Below, one piece after another: positions 53,189-57,200 of a stretch of 57,200 nt of DNA (its first letter is position 1; each line of letters begins with the position of its first letter). Origin of the DNA: Gaiellaceae bacterium (GTDB lineage: Bacteria > Actinomycetota > Thermoleophilia > Gaiellales > Gaiellaceae); contig DATCPA010000090.1 of assembly GCA_036564335.1 (NCBI GenBank), positions 1 to 57,200 on the forward strand, given 5' to 3'. The notes beneath the pieces are model-generated. The model ran no database searches and had not been told where the DNA came from. It saw nothing but the letters and a program-made list of their open reading frames with translations. The position numbers were made by a program, and so were the translations under genes.

Positions 53189-55357
53189 ATGGCGCGCAAG
53201 AAGCGTCCCCACAAGGTACGCCCGAAGACGCCGTCGCGGGTCAAGAAACGCACGCGCCGGCGCTCCTCGGCGCGAGGACATCAGCATCCTGAGCTGATCG
53301 GCCTCGGCCTGGCCGCATTCGGCCTGTTCATGGGCAGCGTGCTCTGGGCGGGGTGGAACGGCGGCTACGTCGGCAAGGCGATCGGCGACGGCCTGGTCGC
53401 ATCGCTCGGCGGCACCGCGTACGCGCTGCCGGTTGCGTGCACGGCCGTCGGTGCGCTGATGGTCGCCAAGAGCGACCTGCCACGGTTTGGGCCGTTCCGC
53501 ACCGGCCTCGTCGTCACCGCCTTCGGGCTCGCGCTCGTCCTCGGCCGCGCGCACGGCGGCTACCTCGGCAGGGGCCTCGAAGCCGCCCTCGGCCGCCTGA
53601 TCGGGACGACCGGAACGCAGCTGCTCGGCGGCTTCCTGCTGCTCGCCGGCGGCCTACTGATCACCGGCGCCTCGGCGGGCGCATTCCTACGTGGTTCCGG
53701 CCATGCGTTTCGCCGCGCGGCCCGCAGCAGGCCCGCCCGCCGCCGGGCCGGGCCCGTCGTCCCGCCCCTGCCGGAGCCCGAGCGCATTCCCTTTCCGGTC
53801 CACGCCCCGCCCGTCGACGGCGTGCAGGAGTTCCCCGACATCGTGGCGCCTTCACCGCTTCTCGTTCTTCCGGAAGAGCCCGAGGCGGACAATCAGCCTT
53901 CGCTGTTCGACATGGCGGAGACCGGCGACGAAGCCGTGTACACGCTCCCCGACCGGGGTGTCCTGCGCCGTTCCAAGGCGGCCGCCCGCGGCGAGACCGA
54001 GTCGAGCGCGCGCGTGGGGGAGGCCCTGATCCAGGCGCTCGCGAACTTCGGCGTCGATGCGAACCTGGTCGGCGAGATCTCGGGTCCCCGGGTCACCCGC
54101 TACGAGCTCAAGCTCGCCCCCGGCACGAAGGTGTCGAAGGTCGCGGCCCTGAAGGACGACCTCTCCTACGCGTTGGCGACGACCGAGATCCGCATCCTGG
54201 CGCCGATCCCGGGCAAGCAGGCGGTCGGTGTCGAGGTGCCGAACCACTCGCCGAACCTCGTCACGCTCGGCGACATCTACGACGACCTGCCGGCGACGTC
54301 GAGCCCGCTGTCGGTCTGGCTCGGCAAGGACATCTCCGGAAACGCGATCTGGACCGATCTCGCCCGGATGCCGCACCTGCTGATCGCCGGCACCACCGGC
54401 TCGGGCAAGTCGGGGTGCATCAACACGATCCTGACCTCGATCCTGCTCCGCGCAACGCCCGATGAGGTGCGGATGATCCTGATCGACCCGAAGCGGATCG
54501 AGCTCGGCTACTACGAGTCGATTCCGCACCTGCTCACCCCGGTCGTCTCCAGTCCGAAGACCGCGGCCGCCGCGCTCGCGAACGTCGTGGGCGAGATGGA
54601 GCGCCGCTACGAGCGGATGAGCCTCGTCCGCGCGCGCAGCCTGCCGGAGATGAACCGTGCCCTGCGGGGCCGCGGCGAGAAGCCGTCGCCGTACCTGCTC
54701 GTCGTGATCGACGAGCTCGCCGATCTGATGATGATCTCGCCGCAAGAGGTGGAGGACGCGGTCATCCGCCTCGCGCAGAAGTCGCGCGCGGTCGGCATCC
54801 ACCTCGTGCTGGCCACGCAGCGCCCCTCGGTGGACGTGATCACCGGGATGATCAAGGCGAACGTGCCCTCGCGGATCGCGTTTGCCGTCTCCAGCCAGAC
54901 CGACTCGCGGGTGATCCTCGACCAGGCGGGCGCGGAGAGCCTGCTCGGCCAGGGCGACATGCTGTTCAAGCCCCTCGGTACCTCGCGGCTGCAGCGCCTG
55001 CAGGGGGCCTACGTCTCGGAGGAGGAGGTCGCGCTGGTCGTCGAGCAGTGCCGCGCGCAGCGCGAGCAGGAGCTGGACGAGTCGCTGCTCGAGGCTCCCG
55101 AGCGGCCCGTCGAGGACGGCGGCGACGAGGATGGCGAATTCGACCCGGACGAGGATCCCCTGCTCGAGCGTGCGATCGAGGTCGTCGTCCAGGCCCAGAC
55201 GGCATCCGTGTCGCTGCTCCAGCGCCGCCTGCGGGTCGGCTACACCCGCGCGGGCCGCCTGATCGACATGCTCGAGCGGCGCGGGATCATCTCGCCGTAC
55301 GAGGGCTCGAAGCCTCGCCGCGTGCTGGTCGGAGAGACCGAGACGCTCGCGTCCTGA
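53189..55357 (+). CDS. ftsK: DNA translocase FtsK
   Basis: 722 aa with N-terminal TM helices, a linker, the motor domain Walker A GTTGSGKSG, Walker B LLVVIDELADL, and a C-terminal gamma winged-helix (LLQRRLRVGYTRAGRLID). Confidence 0.95.
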   Translation: MARKKRPHKVRPKTPSRVKKRTRRRSSARGHQHPELIGLGLAAFGLFMGSVLWAGWNGGYVGKAIGDGLVASLGGTAYALPVACTAVGALMVAKSDLPRFGPFRTGLVVTAFGLALVLGRAHGGYLGRGLEAALGRLIGTTGTQLLGGFLLLAGGLLITGASAGAFLRGSGHAFRRAARSRPARRRAGPVVPPLPEPERIPFPVHAPPVDGVQEFPDIVAPSPLLVLPEEPEADNQPSLFDMAETGDEAVYTLPDRGVLRRSKAAARGETESSARVGEALIQALANFGVDANLVGEISGPRVTRYELKLAPGTKVSKVAALKDDLSYALATTEIRILAPIPGKQAVGVEVPNHSPNLVTLGDIYDDLPATSSPLSVWLGKDISGNAIWTDLARMPHLLIAGTTGSGKSGCINTILTSILLRATPDEVRMILIDPKRIELGYYESIPHLLTPVVSSPKTAAAALANVVGEMERRYERMSLVRARSLPEMNRALRGRGEKPSPYLLVVIDELADLMMISPQEVEDAVIRLAQKSRAVGIHLVLATQRPSVDVITGMIKANVPSRIAFAVSSQTDSRVILDQAGAESLLGQGDMLFKPLGTSRLQRLQGAYVSEEEVALVVEQCRAQREQELDESLLEAPERPVEDGGDEDGEFDPDEDPLLERAIEVVVQAQTASVSLLQRRLRVGYTRAGRLIDMLERRGIISPYEGSKPRRVLVGETETLAS

Positions 55358-55395
55358 TCGGCCGCATTCCAGGGACTGCGACCTAAGATCACGCC

Positions 55396-56238
55396 GTGAC
55401 GCGGATCGCGGTCGTCGGCAGTTACGGAGCGGGCCTGACGTTCGGCGCTGAGCGCGTACCGGAGCGCGGGGAGAGCGTGATCGGCTCGCTCTTCCGCATC
55501 GACCACGGAGGCAAGGGATCGAACCAGGCGGTCGGCGCGGCGCGACTCGGGGCCGAGGTCGCGTTCCTCACCGCCGTCGGCCGGGACACGTTCGGCAACA
55601 GCGCCTTCGAGCTCTGGGCGCAGGAGGGCGTGGACGCCGGCGCTGTCATCCGCACCGAGCTGCCGACGATGACTGCCGCGATCCTGGTGGAGGCGAGCGG
55701 CGCGAACCGGATCGTGATCGTCCCCGGGGCGCTCGAAGCGCTCACGCCGGCGCATGTGGACGAGTTCGCGTCGCAGATCGCGGCGGCCGACGTTCTCCTC
55801 GTCCAGCTGGAGATCCCGCTCGACACGGCGCTGCACGCCCTGGAGGTCGCGCGCCGCGCCGGCGTACGCTCGATCCTGAACCCTGCGCCCGCTCCTGCGC
55901 GGCCGATCGCCCCCGTTGCCGACTACGTGACCCCGAACGAGACCGAGATACCGGCCGTCGAAGGTTGCGAGGGGACGCTCATCGTCACGCTCGGGGAGCG
56001 AGGAGCCCGGCTCGGCGACGAGATCGTCCCCGCCTTCCCTGCCCGGGTGGTCGACACCACCGGCGCGGGGGACGCGTTCTGCGCCGCCTTCGCCGTCGCG
56101 CTCGCAGAAGGCGCCTCCGACCTCGACGCCGTCCGTTGGGGGTGCGCGGCGGGAGCGCACATGGTCGAGCACGAAGGCGTCGTTCCCGGCCTGCCGGCGC
56201 GCGCGGAGCTCGAGCAGCGGCTCGCGGTCGCCGTATGA
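55396..56238 (+). CDS. PfkB/ribokinase-family carbohydrate or nucleoside kinase (paralog of 50575..51408)
   Basis: 280 aa with GGKGSNQAVGAARLG and DTTGAGDAF. The N-terminal VVGSYGAGLTFG deviates from the ribokinase N.D motif. Confidence 0.82.
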   Translation: MTRIAVVGSYGAGLTFGAERVPERGESVIGSLFRIDHGGKGSNQAVGAARLGAEVAFLTAVGRDTFGNSAFELWAQEGVDAGAVIRTELPTMTAAILVEASGANRIVIVPGALEALTPAHVDEFASQIAAADVLLVQLEIPLDTALHALEVARRAGVRSILNPAPAPARPIAPVADYVTPNETEIPAVEGCEGTLIVTLGERGARLGDEIVPAFPARVVDTTGAGDAFCAAFAVALAEGASDLDAVRWGCAAGAHMVEHEGVVPGLPARAELEQRLAVAV

Positions 56239-57158
56239 CCCGCCTGATCATCGACACCGACACCGCCGGCGACGACGTCTTCTCACTGCTGATCGCCCTC
56301 CGCGACCCGCGGGTGCGGCTGGAGGCGATCACCGTGTGCTGCGGGAACGTGCGCTTCGACCAGGAGGTCGAAAACGCCCTCTATACGGTGGAGATGGCCG
56401 GGCGCTCCGGTGAGGTGCCGGTCTACGCCGGCTGCGCAGAGCCGCTTGCCGCAGAGTGGGTGGGAGCTGAGTACGTGCACGGCCAGGACGGGATGGGCGA
56501 CTCGTTCTTCCCGCAGGCGAAGCAGCGGCCGGAGCCGGAGCACGCGGTCGACGAGCTCGTCCGGCGGATCGACGAGAGCCCCGGCGAGCTGACGATCCTG
56601 GCCCAGGCCCCGCTGACAAACCTTGCTGCCGCGGTCGAGCGCGACCCGTCGCTCCCCGGAAAGGTCGCCCACCTGTACGTGATGGGCGGCGGGGTCGGAA
56701 ACATCACCCCCGCTGCCGAGTACAACTTCTTCGTCGACCCCGAGGCGGCGAAGATCGTGCTCAACGCGGGCTTCCCGTTGACCCTGTTCACCTGGACGCT
56801 GACGCGCACGCACGGCGTCTTCGACGACGCCAAGCTGGCGCGCATCGCCGCGCTCGAGACACCGCTCGCGGTGTTCTTCGGACAGGTGAACCGGAAGGCG
56901 CGAGAGTTCGACGACAAGGTCAACCACCTCGGCGGTTCGACGCATCCGGACTCGATGGTGGCGGCCGCGATTGTCGACCCGTCGCTCGTACTTACCGCGG
57001 AGGACGCGGTCGTCGACGTCGAGACGGGCGGCGAGCTGGCGCGCGGCTGGAACCTGATCGACACGCTCGGGCGGACCGGCCGGGAGCCGAACGCGCGGGT
57101 TGTCACAGACTTCGACACCGACCGGTTCTTCGAGCTGCTGCTCGCGACTCTCGCATGA
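56235..57158 (+). CDS. nucleoside hydrolase family protein (paralog of 51405..52328)
   Basis: In-frame ATG 56235 forms an ATGA junction with the kinase. It has DTDTAGDDVFSLL (DxDxxxDD), CCGN and NFFVDPEAA. Confidence 0.88.
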   Translation: MTRLIIDTDTAGDDVFSLLIALRDPRVRLEAITVCCGNVRFDQEVENALYTVEMAGRSGEVPVYAGCAEPLAAEWVGAEYVHGQDGMGDSFFPQAKQRPEPEHAVDELVRRIDESPGELTILAQAPLTNLAAAVERDPSLPGKVAHLYVMGGGVGNITPAAEYNFFVDPEAAKIVLNAGFPLTLFTWTLTRTHGVFDDAKLARIAALETPLAVFFGQVNRKAREFDDKVNHLGGSTHPDSMVAAAIVDPSLVLTAEDAVVDVETGGELARGWNLIDTLGRTGREPNARVVTDFDTDRFFELLLATLA

Positions 57159-57200
57159 GTCGCTCGCTGCTCGCTCGCTCCCGCGGGGGAAACCATGTTT
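57159..57200. repeat. partial copy E of the hairpin repeat family (cut by the window edge)
   Basis: TCGCTCGCTGCTCGCTCGCTCCCGCGGGGGAAACCATGTTT parallels the 5' part of copy D, TCGCTCGCCTTCCGCTCGCGTCCGTGGGGGAAACCATGTTTCTC. Confidence 0.7.

Overview
High-GC (roughly 70%+ by eye) chromosomal core region. Its synteny is typical of Actinomycetota, possibly a deep-branching Thermoleophilia/Rubrobacteria-like lineage; this is an inference from gene order and the presence of mIHF. Almost everything is housekeeping. From left to right: a metallophosphoesterase and M48 peptidase, a K+ channel, argS, glpX convergent with a eukaryote-type class I aldolase, and an Ig-like repeat protein. Then tRNA-Gly(CCC), an F420/LLM oxidoreductase, a HIT protein, corA, tRNA-Arg(CCG), and a dipeptide-epimerase/DUF1611 pair. 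Next come a small LysM gene, rnz with three coupled small genes, and the pyrimidine operon pyrR-pyrB-pyrC-carA-carB-pyrK-pyrD. After that are mihF-gmk-rpoZ-coaBC, htpX-lemA, dtd, and one lower-GC GT87-like membrane glycosyltransferase. The rimP-nusA-ylxR-infB-DUF503-rbfA-nrnA-truB-ribF block follows. The window ends with ggt, rpsO-pnp, a frameshifted MFS transporter, an M16 peptidase, dapB-dapA-rnj, and two paralogous ribokinase/nucleoside-hydrolase modules flanking an LLM oxidoreductase and ftsK. I found no CRISPR array, transposase, integrase, prophage or recognisable defence system. The observations worth a second look are regulatory or structural: (1) a near-consensus leaderless promoter carrying two identical LexA/SOS boxes in front of a YneA/ChiZ-like TM+LysM mini-protein, with no lexA nearby; (2) a family of about 100-nt modular hairpin repeats (GGGGGAAAC...GTTTCCCCC plus a GC-rich second hairpin) in at least five intergenic sites, bracketing tRNA-Gly and elaborated in front of dapB; (3) genes whose homology-supported N-termini start at CTG (carB, dtd) or have no canonical start (DUF503); (4) a PyrR-binding RNA whose 3' arm contains the SD of a 15-codon uORF coupled (GTGA) to pyrR; (5) a terminator/antiterminator-like leader before rimP-nusA-infB; (6) a lower-GC patch inside carB that coincides with a shortened oligomerisation domain. 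The many long antisense ORFs in the track are GC-driven artefacts.
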